Below are positions 27,244 through 36,938 of a DNA stretch of 64,000 nt, one piece after another. The notes under the pieces are model-generated. The model did no database searches, was not told the DNA's origin, and saw only the letters and a list, made by a program, of their open reading frames with translations. The stretch is taken from positions 2,334-66,333 of the forward strand of contig JAGAUT010000034.1 of NCBI GenBank assembly GCA_017620655.1, given 5' to 3'. Source of the DNA: Clostridia bacterium (GTDB taxonomy: Bacteria > Bacillota > Clostridia > Oscillospirales > CAG-382). Position numbers and translations under genes: made by a program. How positions within the stretch are numbered: position 1 is the first letter of the stretch; each line of letters opens with the position of its first letter.

Positions 27244-28656
27244 TTAAAACCTGAAATAAAGAAACGGATTGAACGAGCCGTCAACAAGAAGTGCAGTACT
27301 GAATATCAAAAGAAGTGCAACACTTGCAGGCTCTGCGAAGGTAAGAACCACGTTTCCCGCCTTTGTTTCGGAAAACTTCTTCCAAAGCATTTTGGGAAGA
27401 GGTGTAGAGCCGAGAATACAAAGTGCAAGAAGCACAATATAGCTGTCGGCAAAATAAAGAGTTTTTGCTCCGGCAAGGGCATCTGTACCTATACCGAAAA
27501 GTCCGCCGACAAAAATAGGCAACTTATCCATCGACTCAACGCTGAATATAACAAAGCTTATGAGAGTTGTAAACAGCACATACAAATGCTGAATGAGGCT
27601 GCCGCACTTTTTGAGAATATCAGCAAGGAAGAACTTTTCAATTACAAGAAGCACTCCGAAATAGAGTCCCCACAGTATAAAGTTCCATGCCGCACCGTGC
27701 CAGAAGCCTGTTACAAACCATACAACAAGAATGTTTCTCAGCCACTTGAGTGTGGTTGTTCTGCTTCCGCCAAGGGGAAAATAAATATAGTCCCTGAACC
27801 ATGTACCGAGGGTCATGTGCCATCTTCGCCAGAACTCAGTTATGGATTTCGATATAAATGGATAATCAAAGTTTTCGGGGAAATTGAAGCCGAAAATTCT
27901 GCCAAGACCTATTGCCATATCGGAATATGCCGAAAAGTCAAGGTATATCTGAAGGGCAAAGCCAATTGCATAAAGCCAGTAGAGAAGCACGTTGCTCTCA
28001 CCTGTTGCAAGAAGGTCTTTGCAAAGCTCACCCATACCGTTGGCAAGAATTACCTTCTTGCCGAGACCCATGGCGAATCTTCTGATACCGATTGAAAAGC
28101 CCTCGAGAGAATGACGTCTTTCGTCAAGCTCTGCCGCAACATCCGTATATCTTACGATAGGACCTGCTATAAGCTGCGGGAAAAGGCAGACAAAGGTTGC
28201 AAAACTGACAAAGTTTCTCTGTGCCTTTGCCCTTCCTCTGTATACATCGATTGTGTAGGACAGAGTCTGGAAGGTATAAAAGCTGATGCCGATGGGAAGA
28301 TGCACATTGGTAAGAGGAATTGCAATACCGAAAAGTGCATTTATGTTTCCGATGAAGAAATCGGCATACTTGAAGAATCCGAGAAGCCCCAGATTAACAA
28401 CCAGCGAGGCGACAAGAAACCATTTTGTGATTTTTTCTTTGCCTTTTGCTCTGAAATGCTCAATAAGCAGACTCCATATCCAGTCGGTTACGGAGGAAAT
28501 GAGCATTATTGCAATATATGTTCTTTCGCCAAAGTAATAAAAAAACAGGCTTGCAATAAGAAGCACAAAATTTTTCAATTTTTTTGGTGCTGCAAAATAC
28601 AGCACCAAAACTACAGGTAAAAAGGCGTATAAAAATGTTACACTAGAAAATAGCAT
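27244..28656 (-). CDS. MBOAT family O-acyltransferase (AlgI/DltB-like)
   Basis: LPIGISFYTFQ, FPQLIAGPIVRY, EFWRRWHMTL, TGFWHGA. Confidence 0.95.
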   Translation of the reverse strand: MLFSSVTFLYAFLPVVLVLYFAAPKKLKNFVLLIASLFFYYFGERTYIAIMLISSVTDWIWSLLIEHFRAKGKEKITKWFLVASLVVNLGLLGFFKYADFFIGNINALFGIAIPLTNVHLPIGISFYTFQTLSYTIDVYRGRAKAQRNFVSFATFVCLFPQLIAGPIVRYTDVAAELDERRHSLEGFSIGIRRFAMGLGKKVILANGMGELCKDLLATGESNVLLYWLYAIGFALQIYLDFSAYSDMAIGLGRIFGFNFPENFDYPFISKSITEFWRRWHMTLGTWFRDYIYFPLGGSRTTTLKWLRNILVVWFVTGFWHGAAWNFILWGLYFGVLLVIEKFFLADILKKCGSLIQHLYVLFTTLISFVIFSVESMDKLPIFVGGLFGIGTDALAGAKTLYFADSYIVLLALCILGSTPLPKMLWKKFSETKAGNVVLTFAEPASVALLLIFSTALLVDGSFNPFLYFRF

Positions 28657-28674
28657 TTTACGTCTCCGTTATTT

Positions 28675-29535
28675 TTATTTTACAGCCGCAAGAAAGTTCT
28701 TGATGATAATGTCTGCTCTTTCTTCGGACTTTTCGTAGGACATTTCTTCTGCCTTAGCTTCGTCGATATCGTCAGAGGGCATTACATCAACGCTTGTCAT
28801 AACAAGAATTGCATAGTTACCCTTGGATGCACTCTTGACGCTCTTTGCGGATACGCAGATCCACTTTCTGGGGTTTGCGTTTTCTTCCATTGCAGATGCA
28901 AGGGCAGCTGCTTCTGCTTCGCTGTCAGCTCTTACGATAACAACCGAGTGGGGCTGTGAACCCATCATGGGCATGTTTTCAACTGCAAGATAGGAATCCT
29001 TATAAGGAACGAATGCGGAGTATTCAAAGCTTTCGGAATCAAGCTCCATTGTGCCTACCATGGGCATATCTTCGGGATTGATGCCTTCGTAAAGCTTGTC
29101 TGCAATTTCGTAAAGTGCATCGATTGTAACATCGGAAGCAGGTGCATTGGCTTCGGGTGCTTCAGCCTCGGGTGTTTCAACCTCGGGGGTTTCCTCAACT
29201 TCGGGGGTAACTTCAGGCATAACAGAGGGAACATCTTCAGTCTCGGGGTCAACCTCGGGCATAACAGCAGGAACATTTTCTTCCTCTGTGCCCATAGCAG
29301 GTTCGTTGCCGGCATCAACTTCGGGAAGTTCTAACACAACGTCTTCGCCTTCGGGAGTTTCTTCGTTTTCTGTTTCGTTTTCTGTTTCGTTTTCTTTTTC
29401 GTTTTCGGGTGCACCTGCGATTTCGCCGCCTTCGGCAATGTCATTTTCAGTGCCGTCATCTACGGGTGTGTTTGTACAAGCGATAAGTGTAGCTGCTACG
29501 ATTACAGCCATCAAGAGAGTAAGTAATTTTTTCAT
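28675..29535 (-). CDS. Lipoprotein with a long acidic Glu/Pro-rich linker
   Basis: Lipobox LIA-C; PEV/PEA repeats; globular C-terminus with NANPRKWICV. Confidence 0.8.
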   Translation of the reverse strand: MKKLLTLLMAVIVAATLIACTNTPVDDGTENDIAEGGEIAGAPENEKENETENETENEETPEGEDVVLELPEVDAGNEPAMGTEEENVPAVMPEVDPETEDVPSVMPEVTPEVEETPEVETPEAEAPEANAPASDVTIDALYEIADKLYEGINPEDMPMVGTMELDSESFEYSAFVPYKDSYLAVENMPMMGSQPHSVVIVRADSEAEAAALASAMEENANPRKWICVSAKSVKSASKGNYAILVMTSVDVMPSDDIDEAKAEEMSYEKSEERADIIIKNFLAAVK

Positions 29536-29634
29536 TTTGTTTTTTCCTTTCGTGCTTTGTTTTAAATTTAATTTTTGTCACACAAGTCCTTAGACGGAAC
29601 CTTTTCTATTTTGTTCCGCATTTTTTTAAAAAAA

Positions 29635-30147
29635 TTATTTTTTTATATTTTCTTCAATTTTGTCAATGAATTCCGAGGTAATTCCCGTGAAATTATTCTG
29701 CCTTAGCAGTTCTTTTACTTGGTCAATGCCGAAGCAATCGATTTTTTCCACTTCACCCTCCTGAGGTGTAAGTAACGCCGTATCAAATTCGCTTTCAAAC
29801 AGCCATACATCATAGAACCAGTTACTGCCGGGCCAGTACTTTGTATTTGTTGCAACCACCCTGCCCTCGCAGCCTCTCACGTCAAGACCCGTCTCCTCAA
29901 GCAGTTCCCTTTCGGCTGCCTGTCTGGAAGTTTCTCCCGTAATCGCCGAGCCGCCGCAGAACTCCCATGTTCCACCGAACATTTTGTTTCTGTCCCGCAT
30001 CGAGCAAAGAAGCTTTCCGTCGGAATTGCATACCACGGCAAAAACCACAATATGAAATTCATCGTCCTTCATATCGTCGCTTCCTCTTACCGAGGTACGT
30101 CCATCTATTCTGTTTCTATTTATATCATATATGTCCCAGACTTCCAT
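29635..30147 (-). CDS. NUDIX hydrolase
   Basis: Nudix box GGSAITGETSRQAAERELLEETGL. Confidence 0.92.
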   Translation of the reverse strand: MEVWDIYDINRNRIDGRTSVRGSDDMKDDEFHIVVFAVVCNSDGKLLCSMRDRNKMFGGTWEFCGGSAITGETSRQAAERELLEETGLDVRGCEGRVVATNTKYWPGSNWFYDVWLFESEFDTALLTPQEGEVEKIDCFGIDQVKELLRQNNFTGITSEFIDKIEENIKK

Positions 30148-30287
30148 GTCTACTCCTTTTTTGTTAACAACACTGATAATCTATACTTTTTTAGTAAACA
30201 GGTATACTTTTTTTGCAAAATCTATTGATATTTTCCGGCGTTTGCTGTAAAATATATACGTAATATGAATTTATCGGAGGTTTTATT

Positions 30288-30632
30288 ATGCCTTATATTG
30301 AAGCAAAACTTTCCTGCAAACTCACACCAGAAAAAGCCGAAGCATTGAAATGCGGCTTTGGCAAGGCAATCGAATGCATCCCCGGCAAAAATGAAGGTTG
30401 GCTCATGGTAAACATAGAAGATGAAAAGAACCTTTATTTCAAAGGCAACAAAGACGGAGAAACGGCCTTTATTTCGGTATCCATTTTCGGCAAGTCCGAT
30501 GCCGATTCATACTCTGCACTGACAGGCGAAATCTGCTCGCTCATTTCAAAGGTTACAGGCATAAGTCCGGACCGCACCTATGTCACCTACAGCGAATATG
30601 ACAAATGGGGCTGGAACGGCTTCAATTTCTGA
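30288..30632 (+). CDS. MIF / phenylpyruvate tautomerase-like protein
   Basis: N-terminal MP (Pro1 after Met removal), IPGKNEGWLMV, ends WGWNGFNF. Confidence 0.85.
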   Translation: MPYIEAKLSCKLTPEKAEALKCGFGKAIECIPGKNEGWLMVNIEDEKNLYFKGNKDGETAFISVSIFGKSDADSYSALTGEICSLISKVTGISPDRTYVTYSEYDKWGWNGFNF

Positions 30633-30649
30633 TAGCGAGGTAAAAACAA

Positions 30650-31690
30650 ATGTCTGAAAAGAAAAAATCCGTTTATTCAAATATTGCCGACGACATTCTT
30701 GACAAAATCAGAAACAACGTCTACCCCGTCGGCTCACTTCTCCCTCCTGAAAGAGAGCTCATGTCCGTTTACGGTGTTCAGAGAACAACAGTAAGACGAG
30801 GTCTCGATTTACTGAGTGCAGACGGCTATATAAAAAAGGTTGCAGGTCTCGGCTCAGTTGTAAAATCAGCTTCGCCCGCCCCCTCAGACAAAGCGTCCTC
30901 AAAGGTTTCGGACAAAACGGAAATGTTACAGAGCTGTTCCATTCTTCTTCCCGCAAAAAAGAGTCTTGACAGCATGCCATCATTTGTGCTTAATCTTATC
31001 TCAGGTCTCGGCAAAGCAGGGGTCGGCTTTATGACAGACAAGCTTTCCGACATCGACAAAGGCTCGGGAATAATTGCCCTTGATACAACTCCCCAAACTG
31101 ACACTCCCGTTTGCCTTGCCCTCTGCCAGTCTGATGAAAGACGAAGCGTTATTCCCGACAACGACAAAGGTGCATACATAGCCCTCAGTTACCTTGAGGA
31201 ACTTGGCCATACAAAAATCGCCTTCATAGGAACGGATAACGGCTATTCATTTGAAAATGCCGCATACGATTCCTTCAACGCCGTAAATTCCTATCCCGAT
31301 GATGAGCTTATCATGCTTTCGGGAAGCAGCGAGAAAAGCGGTTTTGACGGCTTCTCGGAGTTATTCCGCCGTCACGGCAAAAAGTTCACTGCCGTATGTG
31401 CTGTCAACGACGAAGTCGCAATGGGAATTCTCAAGGCGGCAAAATACTACAAAATAAGCATACCCGAAGAACTTTCTGTAATTTCACTCTGCAGTAGCAA
31501 TGCCTCATCCGGCTTTGACTGCATCTATTACAATCCTGACGAGCTGGCACAGGAAATAATCCACTCTGCAGGTGTCTCTTCCAGGGTCAGCACGGTACTT
31601 TTTGGCGGAAATCTGTTGAAAAAGGGAAGCTGTGCCGCAGCATTGAATTCAGGAGAAAACGACAAAAATATATCAAACTTCCTGTTATAG
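30650..31690 (+). CDS. GntR-HTH / LacI-type ligand-domain hybrid regulator
   Basis: LPPERELMSVYGVQRTTVRRGL plus KIAFIG...VCAVNDEVAMG...IPEELSV. Confidence 0.85.
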   Translation: MSEKKKSVYSNIADDILDKIRNNVYPVGSLLPPERELMSVYGVQRTTVRRGLDLLSADGYIKKVAGLGSVVKSASPAPSDKASSKVSDKTEMLQSCSILLPAKKSLDSMPSFVLNLISGLGKAGVGFMTDKLSDIDKGSGIIALDTTPQTDTPVCLALCQSDERRSVIPDNDKGAYIALSYLEELGHTKIAFIGTDNGYSFENAAYDSFNAVNSYPDDELIMLSGSSEKSGFDGFSELFRRHGKKFTAVCAVNDEVAMGILKAAKYYKISIPEELSVISLCSSNASSGFDCIYYNPDELAQEIIHSAGVSSRVSTVLFGGNLLKKGSCAAALNSGENDKNISNFLL

Positions 31691-31717
31691 AAGAACATCA
31701 TCAAAAGCCTCTTACAT

Positions 31718-33367
31718 TCAGTGAGAGGCTTTTTTCTTTGAAATACCGACAAGGAGTGCCGTCACAATTCCCACTGCGCACAAAAGCACAAACACATCAC
31801 CAGTTTTAGTATAAAGCGTGCTGCTGTCCGGCAGGAAAACACTTGCACTTATCGCCGTTCTTTCATTGACCTTGGTTTCTTCACGCACTCTGCCGAAGTT
31901 GTCTATAATTCTTGAAATACCTGTATTTGCGCGTCTTATTACAGGCACATTGTTTTCAATTGCACGCATGACGGCATGGTCTGCATGCTGATAAATGGCC
32001 GAGGAGGTTTTATACCATGAGTCATTGGTGGAAATAACGATAAACTCTCCGCCGTTTTTTATCTGGCGTCTTGCGGTTTCGGGAAAAATTGAGTCAAAGC
32101 ACACAAGGCACGCCGCACTGCCCGCCGGCGTCTCGGTGGGAGTAAAGGTGTTTCCTCTTGCAAGGTCGGAGGAAAGCATATTGATTTCGGCAAGGGAAGG
32201 CACAACTTTTTCAAGTATGCTTCTGTACGGCAGAAACTCGCCGAAAGGTACAATGTTATATTTGTTATAGGGTTCTGATATACTGCCACCCGAATCATAT
32301 ACAAAAATCGAGTTATAGCTGTTGCCGTCCTGCTTATTGAAAGCACCTGCAAAAAGAACGGCGTCAAGCTTCTTTGAAATTTGCATCAAAGCTTCTTCGG
32401 AGGGTGAATCATATCCGTCGTAAGGATAAATCGTTGTCGGAAATGCAGTTTCGGGCATGACGGCTATATCTGCATCAAAGTCCTTTGCCATGCGGTATGA
32501 TTTTGCCCAATCCGCAAGATTAAGGTAGACCTCTTTTTCGTCAACCTCACCCGACCACTTTTGACCTGAAGGAATGTTTCCCTGAAGCACCACGGCATTT
32601 AACGATTTACATTTTGTGCAGTCAAATGTATTTACACGCACAACACCGAAAAGGGCATTGAGTGCAAAAACTCCTGCTGCCACAAATGCATACATTCTTC
32701 TTTTTTCTCTCGATTTCCGGGGACTCATCAAAGAAAAAGCCGCAAGTGCATTGACAAGCACCATGACAAATGTAATGAAATACGAGCCAAACAGAGATGC
32801 CGACTGAAGAAGATACACATTTTCTGTTTGTCCCACAAAGAGTCTTGCCCAAGGAAAAGCAAATGTCCCAAGTGACTGCACATACTCTCCGAGAACATAT
32901 CCGAAGCTGACAAGAACAGCCCTCAAATAATTGTTTTTAACCCCTCTTGCCGCAACATATCCGATAAAGACGCAAAACGTCATAAGAAAACCGTGAAGTA
33001 ACGGTATTACCGTTTCTGCAATTACAATAACACCCACACTCTCAAGATTTCCAAGTCCGGCAAAGTCAAGGGGATACAGATTTATAAACCAGCTGTATAC
33101 AAAAAAGTAAAACAACCAGAAGAAACAAAAAAGAGAGCATAATACTCTCTTTAATGTTTTTTCAAAATCGAATACATTCAAAAACAGCGGTACGAGTCCT
33201 ATCCATCCGAAAACGCCAAGTCCCATGTTTTCAACAAACGAGTCAGAAAACAAGTTTTTGGTCACAAAGGGAAGCGAAAACAACAAAGCTGCCGCAAAAA
33301 GAAGAAGAAACTTCTTTACACCTCTGGCATCGGACAAACAGCAAACAAACCTTTTAATTGTATTCAT
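31718..33367 (-). CDS. lnt: Apolipoprotein N-acyltransferase
   Basis: Multi-TM N-terminus, FPWARL, QGNIP, nitrilase triad E (MPETAF), K (YNKYNIVPFGEFLP), C (VCFDSIFP), STNDSWY, RRANTGIS. Confidence 0.9.
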   Translation of the reverse strand: MNTIKRFVCCLSDARGVKKFLLLFAAALLFSLPFVTKNLFSDSFVENMGLGVFGWIGLVPLFLNVFDFEKTLKRVLCSLFCFFWLFYFFVYSWFINLYPLDFAGLGNLESVGVIVIAETVIPLLHGFLMTFCVFIGYVAARGVKNNYLRAVLVSFGYVLGEYVQSLGTFAFPWARLFVGQTENVYLLQSASLFGSYFITFVMVLVNALAAFSLMSPRKSREKRRMYAFVAAGVFALNALFGVVRVNTFDCTKCKSLNAVVLQGNIPSGQKWSGEVDEKEVYLNLADWAKSYRMAKDFDADIAVMPETAFPTTIYPYDGYDSPSEEALMQISKKLDAVLFAGAFNKQDGNSYNSIFVYDSGGSISEPYNKYNIVPFGEFLPYRSILEKVVPSLAEINMLSSDLARGNTFTPTETPAGSAACLVCFDSIFPETARRQIKNGGEFIVISTNDSWYKTSSAIYQHADHAVMRAIENNVPVIRRANTGISRIIDNFGRVREETKVNERTAISASVFLPDSSTLYTKTGDVFVLLCAVGIVTALLVGISKKKASH

Positions 33368-33376
33368 ATGAAGCTT

Positions 33377-33604
33377 TTAGCCCACAAGGCTTTCAAGATA
33401 CTTGATAAAATCTCCGACTGTTACGATTTCGCGGATTTTATCTTCTTCGAGGTCAACATCATACTTCTCTTCGCAGAGAGAAACAAGGTCAGCAAGCTCA
33501 AGTGAATTAAAGCCGAGGTCGTTTATAAATTCGGCATCTTCCTTGATTTCAGACTCATCAATTGACATTTCTTCAACGAGCATTGTCTTGATTTCTTCAA
33601 ACAT
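33377..33604 (-). CDS. acpP: Acyl carrier protein
   Basis: 75 aa acidic; DLGFNSLELADL (Ser attachment site), TVGDFIKY. Confidence 0.88.
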   Translation of the reverse strand: MFEEIKTMLVEEMSIDESEIKEDAEFINDLGFNSLELADLVSLCEEKYDVDLEEDKIREIVTVGDFIKYLESLVG

Positions 33605-33626
33605 AATAAATCTCCTTAGGTTGTTA

Positions 33627-35342
33627 TTATTTTACAAGGAAGCGTTTAATCTTTCTTGTTGTAGTCTTTTCAAATTCGTTCTTTCTGATTTCGATATTTC
33701 TTATCTGCTTGAAGGAAGGAAGCTTTTTATTTATAGCCATGACCTTACCCTTGATATCAGCAGCAATATCGGAAATCTCTGTGCCCTTTTCATATGCATT
33801 GAAATCGGGATATACAACGGCTGTAAGTACGACCTCTTCGCCGCCCTCTTTCTTTCTGCCCACAACAACGCATTCAGCAATTTCATTGACATCCTCAAGG
33901 TATTCTTCAATTTCCTCGGGGAATACGTTCTTGCCGTTTTCAAGTACGATTACGCTCTTGCATCTGCCTGTGATGTAGATGTAGCCGTCCTTATCCATAT
34001 GTCCGACGTCGCCTGTTCTGAACCAGCCGTCTTCGGTGAAAACTTCGGTATTTGCTTCTTCATTCTTATAGTAACCGAGCATTACGTTTTCGCCTCTGAC
34101 CTGAATTTCTCCCGTGAGGTTTCCGTTTTCGTCAACCTCCTCGGCGTCGATTCTTGCCTCACAGCAATCACACGCAGGACCTACGGAGCCTTTTTTTCTT
34201 GCATAGTAAGGGTTAACTGCGATAAGGGGTGAGCATTCCGTGATACCGTATCCCTCGCAGAGGGTAATACCGAGATTGTCAAAGAACTTCATAAGTTCAG
34301 GGTTCATCGCCGCACCGCCGCAAATGATCTTCTGAAGATTTCCGCCGAAAGCAGCAAGGATTTCAGAGAAGAGCTTTCTTCTCATATCAAGACCTACAGT
34401 TCTCATGGCACCCGATGCAAGCATACCAAGCTTTAACTGGTTTTCCTTGCCTTTCTTCTTTACGCTGTCAACAATTTTCTTGTGGAAGGTTGTTGCAAAA
34501 AGAGGAACGATAACAATACCCGTAGGCTTGAATATTCCAAGGTTCTTAACCACATTCTTGAGATTATCATTTATACAGCATGTAGCACCCAGCGACTGTA
34601 TGGCAACATTGATGGTAAGCTCGTATGTGTGATGAATGGGAAGCACCGAAAGCATTACATCGTGTTCATAAAAGTCCGTTGCATGAACGGCACTCTTTGC
34701 ACAAGAAATCTGGTTTCTTTCGGAAAGCATTACGCACTTGCTTGTGCCTGTTGTGCCGGAGGTAAAGAGCATGATGCTCATGTCCCCTCTTGCTCCTCTT
34801 CTCATGATATCGGCGTCGGAATCTCTTTCGAGTCCCTCGCCCTTCTTCACAAAGTCGCTGAACTTTATAAGCTTTTCATCTTCAACAGTCCATTCGGTTC
34901 CGTCATCTACCCTGATAACAAGCTCAAGGTTATCGAAAACGCCTGCCGCCTTCAATTCCTCATACTTCTGGGAGTATTTAGGACTCATGATAATGCCGTG
35001 TGCTTCTGCAATATCAAGAAAGCCGCGGATCTGCTCGTATGCAAGCTCCTTGTCAAAGGGAATTGCCACAGCACCTGCACTGATAATTGCAAAATACGAC
35101 TGGAGCCATTCGGGGCAGGTTTCGCCGATGAGAGCAATTCTTTTACCTTCAAATCCGCCGCTCTTGAGAGCGCAGATCATATTCTCTATATTTTCGCCGT
35201 TCTGATAATAACTGACTTCAACAATTTCTTTATTCGCGCCGAGATACTTGTAAGCAACCTTGTCGGGGCGCTTGAGGGCATTATATCTCGCAATGGCACG
35301 AAGACTTCTTGCGTGGGGTACGTCTTTTTCAATTTTTTTCAT
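33627..35342 (-). CDS. AMP-dependent long-chain fatty acid ligase (acyl-CoA/acyl-ACP synthetase)
   Basis: FTSGTTGTSK, LPIHHTYE, CGGAA, EGYGITECSP, WFRTGD, GKNVFPEEIE. Confidence 0.92.
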   Translation of the reverse strand: MKKIEKDVPHARSLRAIARYNALKRPDKVAYKYLGANKEIVEVSYYQNGENIENMICALKSGGFEGKRIALIGETCPEWLQSYFAIISAGAVAIPFDKELAYEQIRGFLDIAEAHGIIMSPKYSQKYEELKAAGVFDNLELVIRVDDGTEWTVEDEKLIKFSDFVKKGEGLERDSDADIMRRGARGDMSIMLFTSGTTGTSKCVMLSERNQISCAKSAVHATDFYEHDVMLSVLPIHHTYELTINVAIQSLGATCCINDNLKNVVKNLGIFKPTGIVIVPLFATTFHKKIVDSVKKKGKENQLKLGMLASGAMRTVGLDMRRKLFSEILAAFGGNLQKIICGGAAMNPELMKFFDNLGITLCEGYGITECSPLIAVNPYYARKKGSVGPACDCCEARIDAEEVDENGNLTGEIQVRGENVMLGYYKNEEANTEVFTEDGWFRTGDVGHMDKDGYIYITGRCKSVIVLENGKNVFPEEIEEYLEDVNEIAECVVVGRKKEGGEEVVLTAVVYPDFNAYEKGTEISDIAADIKGKVMAINKKLPSFKQIRNIEIRKNEFEKTTTRKIKRFLVK

Positions 35343-35549
35343 TGTAAAAATTCACTCCTAATTCTGTGATACGCAATGTATCATTATAATTATACTTACT
35401 TTTCTTATATTGTCAATAAACAAACTATTAAATATTCCTCTTTGTTTCTTGACAGAGCCTCAAACTGAGTATATAATATATTCAGACAATTGTGCCTTTG
35501 CGGCACCGTTTACGTTAATACCTATTTTTCATCGAAAGGATACATAATA

Positions 35550-35981
35550 ATGAACAGACGCGAAGCAAGAGAAGCAGCCCTTTGCATGATATTCGATTAC
35601 AGCTTTCACTCAGAAGACGACGGAAATGAACAGCTCGAACTTTATCTTGACAACTTTCAGGACAAGGACCAAAAGAACATCAGCGAAGAGCTGAGAAGCG
35701 ATGAATACTTCACAAAGGTATACTTTGGTGTTATTTCCAACCTTGCGGAGCTTGACGAAATAATCGAAGCCAACTCAAAAAAATGGAGTTCAAAGAGAAT
35801 TTCACGCGTTTCAAGAAGCATTATGCGTCTTGCTCTTTATGAAATCAAATATATGGACGATATTCCTTCCGAGGTTTCCATAAACGAAGCGGTTGAGCTC
35901 GCAAAGAAGTTTGATGCAGACGAAAGCTACAGCTTTGTAAACGGAATACTAGGTGCATATGTACGCGGAGAAAACAAATAA
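35550..35981 (+). CDS. nusB: Transcription antitermination factor NusB
   Basis: MNRREAREAA, VSINEAVELAKKF, FVNGILG. Confidence 0.95.
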   Translation: MNRREAREAALCMIFDYSFHSEDDGNEQLELYLDNFQDKDQKNISEELRSDEYFTKVYFGVISNLAELDEIIEANSKKWSSKRISRVSRSIMRLALYEIKYMDDIPSEVSINEAVELAKKFDADESYSFVNGILGAYVRGENK

Positions 35982-36935
35982 ATGAAGAATTTATTTCTCG
36001 GCGTTGACACAAGCAACTATACCACAAGCCTTTCCCTTGTATCCGAGGGAAAGGTTATTTCAAGTGTCAGGCGTCTTCTTCCCGTTAAAGAGGGGGAAAA
36101 GGGACTTCGCCAGAGCGATGCCGTTTTTCTTCACACAAAGGCACTTCCCGAGCTGTCGTGTGAGCTGTTTTCATCGGTCAGCATGGAAGAATATAAGCTT
36201 TCTGCCGTCGGCGTTTCTTCAAAGCCGAGGGATGCCGAAGGTTCTTATATGCCCTGCTTTCTCGCGGGATACTCCTATGCCTCGGCAGTAGCCCATTCCC
36301 ACAATATCCCAATGCACGCCTTTTCCCATCAGAGCGGGCACATTGCCGCTGCCATTTACTCTTCGGGCAAGGAGTTTTCTTTTTTTGACGGACTTCCCTT
36401 TATTGCCTTTCACGTTTCGGGCGGCACAACCGAGGCCCTCTATACAGCCTTTAACGGTGAAACATACCTTTGCAAGATCATCGGCGGTACAAATGACGCT
36501 TCCTGCGGTCAGATTATAGACAGAGCAGGCGTGGAAATGGGGCTCTCCTTCCCCTGCGGAAAAGAGCTTGATGTGTTGTCGGAAAACAGTGCAAAACAAC
36601 TCCCCGTCACGGTAAGTGCAAAGGAAGGATATTTCTCAATGTCAGGACTTCAGAACAAGGTGCAGAAATTCCTCGCTGACGGAGAAAAACATGAAGACAT
36701 TGCAATGTTCCTTTTTAACAGCATTGCATCGGCACTCGGAAAATCGAGTGAGCATTTAAGAAAAGTATATGGTAATCTACCCATAATATATGCAGGCGGC
36801 GTAATGTCCAACAGCGTAATAAGAGGCGAGCTTTCAAAGCTTGAAAATGTACACTTTGCCTCCCCTGAATTATCAAGCGACAACGCCTGCGGTACAGCAA
36901 TACTGGCATACAGAAAACATATGAAAGGCAGGTAA
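35982..36935 (+). CDS. TsaD/peptidase M22 family paralog
   Basis: LGVDTSNYTTS, LRQSDAVFLH, HQSGH in place of HxEGH, HVSGGTTE, DNACG. Confidence 0.8.
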   Translation: MKNLFLGVDTSNYTTSLSLVSEGKVISSVRRLLPVKEGEKGLRQSDAVFLHTKALPELSCELFSSVSMEEYKLSAVGVSSKPRDAEGSYMPCFLAGYSYASAVAHSHNIPMHAFSHQSGHIAAAIYSSGKEFSFFDGLPFIAFHVSGGTTEALYTAFNGETYLCKIIGGTNDASCGQIIDRAGVEMGLSFPCGKELDVLSENSAKQLPVTVSAKEGYFSMSGLQNKVQKFLADGEKHEDIAMFLFNSIASALGKSSEHLRKVYGNLPIIYAGGVMSNSVIRGELSKLENVHFASPELSSDNACGTAILAYRKHMKGR

Positions 36936-36938
36936 GAA

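Noticed and set aside
29055-29420. Glu/Pro repeats in the lipoprotein as a mobile or contingency repeat
   Set aside because: Degenerate in-frame low-complexity linker with no exact long DNA tandem unit
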